Shown piece by piece: positions 10,233 to 19,795 of a stretch of DNA of 64,000 bases (position 1 is the first letter of the stretch; the number at the start of each line of letters is the position of its first letter). A program made the position numbers and the translations under genes. The notes beneath the pieces were generated by a model that searched no databases, was not told where the DNA came from, and saw only the letters and a program-made list of their open reading frames with translations. The stretch comes from Promethearchaeota archaeon. GTDB taxonomy: Archaea > Asgardarchaeota > Lokiarchaeia > Sigyniarchaeales > SOKP01. Where the stretch lies: contig JAEOTS010000044.1 of assembly GCA_016839745.1 (NCBI GenBank), forward strand, positions 30,286 to 94,285. The letters are read 5' to 3'.

Positions 10233-10928
10233 GTGAGAAAAAAACATAAGATCTTCTGTATAATCGGTCTATTCTATTTTTGTATATTCATTTCGTGCTT
10301 TAACTTAAATACTAAAGCACAGGATGAGGAGGATGACATCTATTCGGTAGGCTTTACTGAAGGAACTGAACTAATTTGGGAGGTAGCAGAATTAAATTTA
10401 ATGAGTTTCAGAGAAATTTTTGGATTTGAACCAAATTTTGAAATAGGAGATCAAAATAGAATGATCATAAGAGCAATTACTAGTTCCACAATTTATTGGT
10501 TAATAGAAATAGAATTTTGGGACTATAAAGATGATTGGGGTTTAAGTGGAAGAACACTGACTCTAAGGATGGGAAAAAGGCCCATTTATTACCAAGATTA
10601 TGTATTTAGCCTTTTTCCAGTTGAACAATATTTAGAAGAAACTATAGCATTATTACCTTCTGATTATTATAGAATGGGATTTTCCATATTCAAGCAAGGA
10701 AAAAGTGATACTGGCTTTGATTATTTGTGGAAAAAGGAATATGATTCTAGGGGAATTCTAATAACTGAGACTTTTTATGATGAATTTGATGAAGTTATTG
10801 TGAGATTGGAAGGGACTTTTCGATTTATACCTTTTGGAACAACATTTATCGGGTTTACATTGTTAGCAACTACAGCTATAATAATTGTTATGATGAAAAA
10901 GAAAAACTTTAGAATTAAAATGGTGTAA
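10233..10928 (+). CDS. secreted protein with C-terminal membrane anchor, unknown function
   Basis: N-terminal basic+hydrophobic signal; C-terminal TM followed by KKK. Confidence 0.7.
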   Translation: MRKKHKIFCIIGLFYFCIFISCFNLNTKAQDEEDDIYSVGFTEGTELIWEVAELNLMSFREIFGFEPNFEIGDQNRMIIRAITSSTIYWLIEIEFWDYKDDWGLSGRTLTLRMGKRPIYYQDYVFSLFPVEQYLEETIALLPSDYYRMGFSIFKQGKSDTGFDYLWKKEYDSRGILITETFYDEFDEVIVRLEGTFRFIPFGTTFIGFTLLATTAIIIVMMKKKNFRIKMV

Positions 10929-10967
10929 TCTTCATCATATTGATTAGAAAATTTGATTGGTAATAAA

Positions 10968-11375
10968 TTAAAATTTATAATCTTTTTGCCATTGTTTATA
11001 CCCAATTTGCCAAAGTTTTAGTCTAGGTTTATTTACTTTACTATCCACTTCAATTCCGGATTGAGGATTGGCCATAACTTTATGATAACGCTCAAAATAT
11101 TCCTCAGCACTTGAAGTCTCTTCAATCATACTTAAAATAGCTTTTTCTGTAAAAAAAAGGATTAAATCTGGTTTAATTTCAGGCTTATTTTTTGTCATCT
11201 CTAGCGAATTTTCATTCTTTTTGAATAAATAGAAGTTTAATTTGATATGGGTGTCATCAGTGGAATGTTCAGTAATACGGTACTCCCAACAGGCATTTAT
11301 GTGTAGATGCCTCATTAAATCCAATTGTTTAGAAAAAAACCCTTTTAATTTTGTGTACAATTCTTTAGTTTCCAT
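10968..11375 (-). CDS. hypothetical protein, probable divergent SCP2-like lipid-binding fold (paralog of 12930-13409)
   Basis: KPDLILFFTEKAILSMI...EEY...GY pattern shared with 12930-13409. Confidence 0.6.
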   Translation of the reverse strand: METKELYTKLKGFFSKQLDLMRHLHINACWEYRITEHSTDDTHIKLNFYLFKKNENSLEMTKNKPEIKPDLILFFTEKAILSMIEETSSAEEYFERYHKVMANPQSGIEVDSKVNKPRLKLWQIGYKQWQKDYKF

Positions 11376-11387
11376 CGTATGTAAAAT

Positions 11388-12881
11388 TCATTTTATCTTC
11401 TCTAAATTCAGTGGAGTACCGTCATAAATGTATTTTCCATAAACTAACTCTTGAGGATAATATTTGCAACCTGCAGGATAAGCAGAATCTTTAATTCCTC
11501 CTAAAGAGACCGTAATATCAACAAGCATTGGTCTTGCGTTAATATAAATGTTTGCAGCTTCTAATTCATTCTTAAAAACTTCAATATTGTTCAAGTTTGA
11601 AGTGTAAACTACTGCTCTCATACCATAATTACTTGCATTTGCTAACCTTATTGCTTCCTTCATGTCCTTAGCTTTAGTAATAGAACGAACAGGCCCAAAA
11701 GCTTCTTCTCTCCACAAAAATGGAGCCTTGGATAAATCTTCACACAATTCGGGATTAATTTCAACCAGAGTCGGCGTATAAAATAATCCATAGTCTTCTC
11801 CGGTATCAATTTTTTCACCGCCAGTATATATTTGGGCGTTATATTTCTTCGCATCTTCGACCATTACATCCATCATCATCAGGATTTTTCTACTTCCTAA
11901 AGGACCAATATCGACATCTGGATCGGTGGGATCCCCATATTTTAATTCCTCAATTTCTTTTATTAAACATTCGGTATATTCATCATATATATCTTGGTGG
12001 ACTATTATTCGCTTCATAGAGAAACATTGTTGACCGGAATTAGTATAACTAGCCATTGCATTCCATTTTGCTACTTGTTCTATATTAACATCATTCATAA
12101 CTAAACCTGCGTCGTTTCCAGCACACTCAAAAAAGAAGTTCTTAAATGGTTGAGTATACATTGAGACACCCATTGATTTATCGACGGTTTTTTTTAAAAA
12201 TTTACCATATCTTACTAAAATATCTTTTGCTGTATGAGATGATGTAATCGTCATTATTGTTTTTACTAATGGAGATTTGATAAATTCATCAACTGCCCAT
12301 TCTCCAGGAGCTATGACCAAATCTAAGGCTTCAAGAGCAGGAAAGTCCATTTCTTCCATCATAGAATAAGCTTCTAGCATCGTTAAAGGGCATGCGGTAG
12401 ATGGTTTTACTATAGCAGGGTTTCCAACTAAGTAATTTGCACCTAGTTGATAGAGTGGAAGACTTATAGGTGTATTGCGAGGAGAGAGACAGGCAGCCAA
12501 ACCGTGTGGAATTTGTCTTATTCTAACGAGTTGTTCTCCTTCTATACTAGTTAGAGGTTTTTCTTCTAAAAATTGATAATACCAATCACAAAATTTGAAA
12601 CCATTAGTTACTACATTTAATTCCCATTCAGAATACTTGATTGGTAATCCTCCTTCAGCTACAATCAAATCCTTCAATTTATTTTTATTAAATCGCAATT
12701 TGCTAGCAAACTTTGAGAGAAGTTGAGCTCGTTCAAAAAAATCCATTTCCTTTAATAAATCCTGATTTCTGTGAACTTTTTTAATTTTTTCGTTAACGGT
12801 TTTTATTGTATCGGCAGTTACAGTTCTTATAACTTCCCCTGTGAACTTATCTTTAATCTTTAAGTCTTGAGATTTTGACAT
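11388..12881 (-). CDS. aldehyde dehydrogenase family protein (divergent)
   Basis: PRNTP, VKPS, ECAGND, NSGQQC (catalytic Cys), EEAFGPV, GGIKDS. Confidence 0.9.
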   Translation of the reverse strand: MSKSQDLKIKDKFTGEVIRTVTADTIKTVNEKIKKVHRNQDLLKEMDFFERAQLLSKFASKLRFNKNKLKDLIVAEGGLPIKYSEWELNVVTNGFKFCDWYYQFLEEKPLTSIEGEQLVRIRQIPHGLAACLSPRNTPISLPLYQLGANYLVGNPAIVKPSTACPLTMLEAYSMMEEMDFPALEALDLVIAPGEWAVDEFIKSPLVKTIMTITSSHTAKDILVRYGKFLKKTVDKSMGVSMYTQPFKNFFFECAGNDAGLVMNDVNIEQVAKWNAMASYTNSGQQCFSMKRIIVHQDIYDEYTECLIKEIEELKYGDPTDPDVDIGPLGSRKILMMMDVMVEDAKKYNAQIYTGGEKIDTGEDYGLFYTPTLVEINPELCEDLSKAPFLWREEAFGPVRSITKAKDMKEAIRLANASNYGMRAVVYTSNLNNIEVFKNELEAANIYINARPMLVDITVSLGGIKDSAYPAGCKYYPQELVYGKYIYDGTPLNLEKIK

Positions 12882-12929
12882 AATTCTGATTTAAGTCTAT
12901 TTTTTAATTTTCTAATTTAAAAGAAATTT

Positions 12930-13409
12930 TTAAAGGTTTATTATACTACCATCATCTTCGAGGATTCCTGCAGTTTGAGCGAATTTTCCATATCCCATTT
13001 CAATTATTTTCTGAGTTCTTTCAAATAACATAAAATCTATCCATCCATTTTGCTCATTGGGTTCATTATAAAAGGAACCAAGAAGTTGCGCATATTCTAC
13101 ATTATCGTTTGTTTTTATTAACTTCTCTACCGCTTGTACTGAGAGAGCTAGTTCCAAATCAGGATTGTTTGCTTTCCCTGATTTTATTTCAATTCCTTCA
13201 CCATTCCGGTACACATTAAATACATCTATAGGAGTTCTCGCATCATATGATTCAATTGTGTCATATATAGCAAAATCAAAATGGGAACCAGAAATCAAAT
13301 CAGCAAATATCTCAGGATATTGTGCTAGAAATGTGGTGTATTTTTTTGCTAATTCTGTTTTGCACGCTTCTATATCGATAATTTGACTTGTTAATTCATC
13401 TTTTAACAT
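12930..13409 (-). CDS. hypothetical protein, probable divergent SCP2-like lipid-binding fold
   Basis: IEIKSGKANNPDLELALSVQAVEKLI resembles the SCP2 beta4-beta5-helix segment. Confidence 0.6.
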   Translation of the reverse strand: MLKDELTSQIIDIEACKTELAKKYTTFLAQYPEIFADLISGSHFDFAIYDTIESYDARTPIDVFNVYRNGEGIEIKSGKANNPDLELALSVQAVEKLIKTNDNVEYAQLLGSFYNEPNEQNGWIDFMLFERTQKIIEMGYGKFAQTAGILEDDGSIINL

Positions 13410-13427
13410 ACTTTTTGTAATCTTATA

Positions 13428-14426
13428 TTATTTTTTTCCTTCTTCATTATATTCTTTATACCACTTAATTGTTTCTTCTAAACCTTCTCTTAACGGAGTA
13501 ATCTTATAACCAAATTTATTAATGGCTTTTTTTGAAGAATAAGATCTATGATATTTAATTGCTCTAAGTGTAGGTCGTGTTAGAAAGGGGGTTTTCTTAT
13601 TGAACCATGCTTTGACTTCCAATAACCATGCATATGTCATCGCAATCGGAAACGGAAACTTTCTTGCTTTTTTATTTCTACTAATTTTGGCAATTAAATC
13701 AAGATATTCTTTAAATCTAACATTTTCGCCCCCAAGAATAAAATCCTCTCCAAAAAGATCTTCTCTGTTTAATACATCTGTTAAAGCGTTTGATATGTCG
13801 TAAACATATGTTAAACAAGTCATAGAGTCTCCCTTTCCAGGGCAAGCACCCAATGGAAAAAGTTTTCCCCTCATGATATCAAAGAGCATTCTGCCAAATA
13901 CATTAAAGTCTTCTGGACCGTATACAATTCCAGGATAGAAAATCATAACTTTCAATCCTTTTGGTATTAATTCTTTAACATTTTTCTTCGCTTGACATTT
14001 AGACTTCTCATATTCCATACAAAAAGTCTCATTTTCGTGAGTTTCATCAACTGGTTCTGGAGGAGTAGGCCCTAGTGCTGTAAAGGAACTAACATAAAAT
14101 AACTTCAAATTGTTTTGAAGAGCGATATTAGCGACATTTTCTGTCCCCTTTACATTAACATCATGGTAAATTGAATTGTCTTTAGCCCATATCCCTGTGT
14201 AAGCTGCAAGATGGTAAATGGCACTAACGTTATTCACAGCCTTTTCCAAACTGCTAAAATCTAGGAGATCGCCAATAATATATTCAACATTTTTAAGATC
14301 TTTAAAGTAATTAGTATTACTACTCTCTCTTACCAGTAGTTTTAAACTATGTCCTGAATCGTGCAATTTTTTAACCAAAGCTTTCCCGATAAATCCAGTA
14401 CCGCCAGTTACGAGTATATTCGTCAT
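13428..14426 (-). CDS. extended SDR/NAD-dependent epimerase-dehydratase, farnesol dehydrogenase (FLDH)/HpnA-like
   Basis: TGGTGFIG, HLAA, YVSSFTALG, FCMEYEKSK (YxxxK), YPGIVYGP; start placed at ATG 14426. Confidence 0.88.
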   Translation of the reverse strand: MTNILVTGGTGFIGKALVKKLHDSGHSLKLLVRESSNTNYFKDLKNVEYIIGDLLDFSSLEKAVNNVSAIYHLAAYTGIWAKDNSIYHDVNVKGTENVANIALQNNLKLFYVSSFTALGPTPPEPVDETHENETFCMEYEKSKCQAKKNVKELIPKGLKVMIFYPGIVYGPEDFNVFGRMLFDIMRGKLFPLGACPGKGDSMTCLTYVYDISNALTDVLNREDLFGEDFILGGENVRFKEYLDLIAKISRNKKARKFPFPIAMTYAWLLEVKAWFNKKTPFLTRPTLRAIKYHRSYSSKKAINKFGYKITPLREGLEETIKWYKEYNEEGKK

Positions 14427-14571
14427 TATTAGAAATATCCTAGTGCATATCAGTCTTAAATAAAAGAGAATCATTAAATCTTGTTTTTAAAACTTTTAAA
14501 ACAATTAATAGTATTAAAATAAGAGAAGTCTAGGAAGTTAGACAAACAAGTAGTAAATTCAAAAAGAAATT

Positions 14572-15435
14572 TTATTGCCCAATCCATGAGATAATATATT
14601 TTAGTTCCTTAGGTCGAGTAATATTTGGTTCTTTAAACTCCCATTCTCCTTTCATTCCGAGTTCTTTAGCACTTAAATCAAAATGACACACAGCTATCCC
14701 AATATCCAAACGAACAAATTGATTATAGGGTTTCGATTTTTTATCCTCTGAAAATTTTACATAGAAATGAAATATGTTCTGTTTATTTTCTTTTAGTATT
14801 CTCCAAGGTTGTTTATTTCCCGCTGATGGACCAATTCTAACCATTTCGAGTATTGTTTTATAATTACCAATTTCATCTTGTTCAATCTGAGAATTAAAAT
14901 CTCCGCTAAAAAATATTAGCTCCCAAGGTTTTCTTATTTTAGCTTTAGCTATCGATCGAATAAATTTTTCTTTCAATCTTCTAGTAGCGGGATATCCTAC
15001 AGGGCTTACAGCGGGAATTCTTTCGTCACTTTTAAGCTGGATAAATTCTGAAAATTGAGACCGGTTAAATGTTCCCCCTAACCAACATGTTCCCAAATTC
15101 AAGTCAGTAGCTGCCAATATTATAGCTTCAAAAATATAACCATAATTTTCGAGATTGTATTCCGCTATGTCAGTAGCTCCAGCGATGAATTCTTGAGCAC
15201 CTTTAATAAATCCGTATGTGCCAATTTTAACATTTTCTTCAGGATTAAAATCTGGAATACTTATTAATTGGAATCGAGGATTTCCACCTTGACTTTTAAA
15301 AGGACTATCAATTTCATTTAATCCTAAAATCTGCTCTAGATCATTTCTTAGGTTGTTAACCATTGCTTTATTCAAAAATGTTCTCCTGGAAGTGCGTTCT
15401 TTTATTACTTCAATAACTGATTTTGAAAATTGCAT
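14572..15435 (-). CDS. nitroreductase family protein (two-domain)
   Basis: IKERTSRRTF, LGTCWLGG, GPSAGNKQPW, DIGIAVCHF; start at ATG 15435. Confidence 0.88.
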   Translation of the reverse strand: MQFSKSVIEVIKERTSRRTFLNKAMVNNLRNDLEQILGLNEIDSPFKSQGGNPRFQLISIPDFNPEENVKIGTYGFIKGAQEFIAGATDIAEYNLENYGYIFEAIILAATDLNLGTCWLGGTFNRSQFSEFIQLKSDERIPAVSPVGYPATRRLKEKFIRSIAKAKIRKPWELIFFSGDFNSQIEQDEIGNYKTILEMVRIGPSAGNKQPWRILKENKQNIFHFYVKFSEDKKSKPYNQFVRLDIGIAVCHFDLSAKELGMKGEWEFKEPNITRPKELKYIISWIGQ

Positions 15436-15512
15436 TATCTTATATCTTAATTTAATTACTATTGTTTTCACTAAGGTTTGTAGTTTAATAACCTTAATTT
15501 TTATAATTTAAA

Positions 15513-15845
15513 CTAATCTGGAAAACATTTATTTACTTTAATTAGTGCATGTCTCAGATATTGCTTCATAAAATGCCTTTCACTATTACAATACTCCAAT
15601 TTTTGGGTATTTGTTAATTCGTTATAATTTTCTAAAAGCGAATGAACATCGTGAATCATAACCAAATATTCATTTTTTGCAGCGTCACACTTCTGAATTA
15701 ATAAATCATCGTTTATTAGGGGAGTAACTATAGGATTTCCATTTTGAAATTCTCCATTATTGATTAAGGGAGTAGTCTCAACAAGTTCTCTTTCAGATAA
15801 TTTATTTACTTCTGAATTATTAATAAAGCCTTTTGAAATGAATAT
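15513..15845 (-). CDS. putative 110-aa hypothetical protein with non-ATG (ATA/ATT) start, absent from ORF track
   Basis: Stop-free frame IFISKGFINNSEVNKLSERELVETTPLINN...VNKCFPD* between TGA 15848 and TAG 15513. Confidence 0.45.
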   Translation of the reverse strand: MFISKGFINNSEVNKLSERELVETTPLINNGEFQNGNPIVTPLINDDLLIQKCDAAKNEYLVMIHDVHSLLENYNELTNTQKLEYCNSERHFMKQYLRHALIKVNKCFPD

Positions 15846-15950
15846 TCATCTCGGAGAATTTTCAAATTAATGAAAATAAACCAAAATGCCTATTTAAAAA
15901 AAAAGCCTCTTTAAGTTTAGTAAAATTAAGATAAGATTAATTATTCAAGA

Positions 15951-16091
15951 TGGATTTTAGATCTTGAAGTATGGTTAAATGTAAGAGGCCATGGTTTAGT
16001 TGGTGTTGAAGATTGTTATCGAGTGACGGAATCTGGTACAGAAAGACTTTTCAAACTTGATAGGGAAATTGTAATTAAGAAAGGCGATTAA
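15951..16091 (+). pseudogene. 3' remnant of an M24 (Xaa-Pro peptidase-like) gene
   Basis: WILDLEVWLNVRGHGLVGVEDCYRVTESGTERLFKLDREIVIK aligns with the C-terminus of 20958-22082; no start, in-frame TAA at 15927. Confidence 0.85.
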
Positions 16092-16094
16092 TAA

Positions 16095-16874
16095 ATGCGA
16101 TTAAAAGATAAAATTGTTGTATTGACTGGAGCAGCATCGGGAATTGGCAGAGCTACAGCAAGATTATTTGCTAAAGAAGGTGCGATCCAGGTTCTTTCGG
16201 ATAATGATGAAGAGAATCTAAATGAAACTTATAAGCTTATTAATAACGATGCAAAAGAAAGAACGAAGATAACCGTTGTTGATGTAAGGAAACAAAATGA
16301 AGTAAAATCGATGATTAACCTAGCTATTGAAAAATATGGAAGAATTGATGTTTTAATTGTAAATGCGGGAGTTGTTAGAGTGGGTGATGTCGAAACTTTT
16401 CCCGACTCGGATTATGATTTACTCATTGATGTAAATATCAAAGGAACTCATTACACATGTAAATACGCGGTTCCCTATTTTAAAAAGCAAGGATATGGAT
16501 CAATTATTACGCTAGCTTCAGTTGCTGCCCATATAGGTCAAACTGCCCATGCGAATTATTGTTCAACAAAAGCTGCAGTATTAGGCTACACTAGAGCGTT
16601 GGCTTTAGATTTAGCACCATATAATGTTCGAGTGAATAGTGTAAGCCCAGGAGCAACTGACACACCAATGCTTCAGAGTGATGTCGCAAAACAGGCTAAA
16701 GATAGAGGATTAATGTATGAAGAAGTTAAAAGGGAATTTGAAGAAGAAGGTGTTATGGGAAGATGGGCAACTCCAGAAGAAATTGCCACGGGAATTCTAT
16801 TTTTAGCTACTGAAGAATCTAGTTATATGACTGGAGCAGATTTGAGATTAGATGGTGGCTGGACTACCAGATAA
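16095..16874 (+). CDS. classical SDR oxidoreductase
   Basis: TGAASGIG, VNAG, YCSTK, VRVNSVSPG, LDGG. Confidence 0.95.
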   Translation: MRLKDKIVVLTGAASGIGRATARLFAKEGAIQVLSDNDEENLNETYKLINNDAKERTKITVVDVRKQNEVKSMINLAIEKYGRIDVLIVNAGVVRVGDVETFPDSDYDLLIDVNIKGTHYTCKYAVPYFKKQGYGSIITLASVAAHIGQTAHANYCSTKAAVLGYTRALALDLAPYNVRVNSVSPGATDTPMLQSDVAKQAKDRGLMYEEVKREFEEEGVMGRWATPEEIATGILFLATEESSYMTGADLRLDGGWTTR

Positions 16875-16911
16875 AACTTTTTTATATTTTTATTTTTCAT
16901 GCCGAATGTAA

Positions 16912-17658
16912 TCACATTGTCATTCCACCGTCAATGGATAGACTAATACCCGTTGAAAATTCATTTAAGGCTAGAAATAATACCCCTTCCGCGATTTCCT
17001 CAGGGGTACCAAGTCTTTTCAATTTTTGTCTAGCTATAAATTGGTTTCTAGCTTCTTCAGGATCTTCATATTTGGATAACCTATTTGCTAGAGAAGGTGT
17101 ATCTGTTGTTCCAGGACAAATGGCATTAACACGTATGTTGTCTTCAAGATAGTCAGCTGCCATAGCGCGTGTTAATGATAACACAGCTCCTTTAGAGGCA
17201 GTATATGCTGCTCTATTGGCAACCCCCTTGAAGGCTACTGAAGAAGAATTATTTATTATTGTCCCTTTCGATTTTTTTAAATGAGGAACAGCATATTTTG
17301 AGACGAGATAAATTCCCCGTACGTTAACCGCCATTGTTCGATCCCAATCTTCAGTTGAAATGGCATCAACACTTCCAGGAAGAACGATACCGGCATTATT
17401 GAATAAAATATCTATATCTCCATAAATTTCTATAGTTTTTTCAATTAATCGTCTTGCTTCCTCTTCTATGGAAATGTCAGCTTGAACAAATATTGCTTCT
17501 CCTCCAGATAATTTAATTTCTGCTACAACATGCTTAGCGGACGGGGATAATGAATTACAACACACTTTTGCGCCCTCCTTCGCAAAAAGGAGAGCGGTTG
17601 CCTCACCAATACCGGCTCCAGCTCCCGTAATTACGGCAATTTTCCCTTTTAATTTCAT
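16912..17658 (-). CDS. classical SDR oxidoreductase (2-keto-3-deoxy sugar-acid dehydrogenase/BDH2-like)
   Basis: TGAGAGIG, NNAG, YTASK, ICPGTTDTPSL, FIARQ-x2-RLG. Confidence 0.9.
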   Translation of the reverse strand: MKLKGKIAVITGAGAGIGEATALLFAKEGAKVCCNSLSPSAKHVVAEIKLSGGEAIFVQADISIEEEARRLIEKTIEIYGDIDILFNNAGIVLPGSVDAISTEDWDRTMAVNVRGIYLVSKYAVPHLKKSKGTIINNSSSVAFKGVANRAAYTASKGAVLSLTRAMAADYLEDNIRVNAICPGTTDTPSLANRLSKYEDPEEARNQFIARQKLKRLGTPEEIAEGVLFLALNEFSTGISLSIDGGMTM

Positions 17659-17794
17659 TTTTTTTTACTTTAAGTTTTGAATAAGTAGAGATTAATTTTT
17701 TTAAAATCAATTAAAATTTGATTTTTATTTCATAAAACTTTAATGAAAAGAGAGTAATTTATTGATAAGAACTCATAATGCTAATTTGATTTAG

Positions 17795-19720
17795 ATGACA
17801 TTAAGAATTAAGAATAAGCAATTTGTTGATGATATAGGCCGAACAGTGCTACTGAGGGGTGTGAATTTAGGGGGAAGCTCAAAAGTTCCCGTAACTCCTA
17901 ATGGCGCAACACATATTAAAACGAATTTTACAGATCATAGAGATGTTTCTTTTGTTGGTCGACCATTCCCTTTAAAAGAAGCAGATGAACATTTTTCACG
18001 ATTAAAGCATTGGGGTTTTAATTGTCTTAGGTTTTTGGTAACCTGGGAGGCTATAGAGCATAGTGGCCCAAGAGAATACGATAAAGAATACTTAGATTAT
18101 CTTGAAGAAATTCTAAAGATTGCTGAAGAAAATGAGTTTTACATATTTATAGATCCCCATCAGGATGTTTGGAGTAGAATAACTGGCGGAGATGGTGCAC
18201 CAGGATGGACATTTGAAAAAGTAGGGTTAGATTATACGAAATTTGAATCCTCTGAGGCAACTTTTGTAATGCAATACAGATATAACCCTAATGACCTAGC
18301 TAAATATTCTTCAATGCATTGGATGGGGAATACCTATAGATTTGCTAATGGAACGATGTGGACATTATTCTTTGGAGGAAAAGATTTTGCACCTTCAAGT
18401 ACTATTGATGGAAAAAACGCTCAAGATTATTTGCAGAATCATTTCTTTGATGCTATGAAGCAACTAGCATTAAGGGTAAGAGATAATTCGCGTGTATTAG
18501 GATTTGATATATTAAATGAACCTCCTGAAGGATGGATTAGTAAATATGTTGATGGAAGTGAATGGGAGGGGAAGTCTGATGTATTAGGGCATGTTTTTAC
18601 TCCTATCGATGCAATGCTTACTGGGGCAGGGCATACTAGAACAATTGGATATCAAGAAATGAAAAGGTTTGGTATAAAAGAAACTCGAAAAGATGAGTTA
18701 AATCAAGGTAAAATTTCATGTTGGTTAGAAGGTTTTGAAGATATCTGGAAAAAAGAAGGTGTTTGGGGATTAGATGAGTTTGGAAATCCAAAAATTGAAA
18801 AAAATGAATATTTTGTTTATAAAAATAGAGAAAAAGTCGATTTTTACCGAGATTATTTTACCCCTTTCCTTAAAGGCTATACTAAAGCTATCCGAGATAA
18901 ATTTCCAGACGCTAGTATATTTCTTACAGGACCAATGGAGGGAGTGTTGAAAGGAGAGAGATTTGAATTAGAAATTCCACCTAATAGTGTACATGCTGCC
19001 CACTGGTACGATGTGGCAACAACTGGTACAAAAAAAGCAATGCTTAAAGCTAATTATAATTTAATTACAGGAAAACCAGTTATTGGCAAAGAAAACGTGC
19101 GACAAATGTTCATCTCGCAATTAGCAAAAATTAAAGCATACTCTAATTCTTTTTTTAATGGTATTCCGACCTTAATTGAGGAATTTGGATTGCCATTTGA
19201 TCTTAATAATAAAGAAGCTTATCAGAAATTAAAAACTGATCCGAAAGTAGCATGGGATACACATATAAAATTGCTAAATAACTATTATAACGCATTAGAT
19301 GCTAATTTATTACATGCATTACAATGGAATTATACCCCAGATAATACTAACGAATGGGGGGATTTATGGAATTTAGAAGATTTATCAATTTATAGCATCG
19401 ATCAAAGGGTTAATCCAGAGGATATTAATAGTGGTGGGAGAGCAATTAAGGGATTTTGTCGCCCACATTTTGTTCGTTGTACTGGCATTCCAAAAAAAAT
19501 GGATTTTCAGATGGAGGAAGGTATCTTTTATTTTGAGTTTGAAGGTGACATTTCTATAAAAGGCTCAACAATTCTTTTTATTCCAAGAATTCATTTTCCA
19601 AACGGTTATAATATTAAAGTGTCTGAGGGTGAAATTCAAAAAGATGAAAAAAATCAAGTAGTATCCATTTTCATTAAAGAAAATGGGATTCATACAATTA
19701 ATGTTATAAAAATCCAATAA
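17795..19720 (+). CDS. glycoside hydrolase family 5, endoglycoceramidase-related (EGCrP/Egh1-like)
   Basis: LRGVNLGG, SFVGRPFPL, TWEAIEH, DPHQDVWSR, GDGAPGWT, NEP (acid/base), HWYD, EFG (nucleophile), WNY. Confidence 0.9.
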   Translation: MTLRIKNKQFVDDIGRTVLLRGVNLGGSSKVPVTPNGATHIKTNFTDHRDVSFVGRPFPLKEADEHFSRLKHWGFNCLRFLVTWEAIEHSGPREYDKEYLDYLEEILKIAEENEFYIFIDPHQDVWSRITGGDGAPGWTFEKVGLDYTKFESSEATFVMQYRYNPNDLAKYSSMHWMGNTYRFANGTMWTLFFGGKDFAPSSTIDGKNAQDYLQNHFFDAMKQLALRVRDNSRVLGFDILNEPPEGWISKYVDGSEWEGKSDVLGHVFTPIDAMLTGAGHTRTIGYQEMKRFGIKETRKDELNQGKISCWLEGFEDIWKKEGVWGLDEFGNPKIEKNEYFVYKNREKVDFYRDYFTPFLKGYTKAIRDKFPDASIFLTGPMEGVLKGERFELEIPPNSVHAAHWYDVATTGTKKAMLKANYNLITGKPVIGKENVRQMFISQLAKIKAYSNSFFNGIPTLIEEFGLPFDLNNKEAYQKLKTDPKVAWDTHIKLLNNYYNALDANLLHALQWNYTPDNTNEWGDLWNLEDLSIYSIDQRVNPEDINSGGRAIKGFCRPHFVRCTGIPKKMDFQMEEGIFYFEFEGDISIKGSTILFIPRIHFPNGYNIKVSEGEIQKDEKNQVVSIFIKENGIHTINVIKIQ

Positions 19721-19795
19721 CGAATTTTATCCTTCCCTTTATCATTAGAGTTAATTAAATTTATATTAAATTATTACAAAATAATCGTTGTAATT

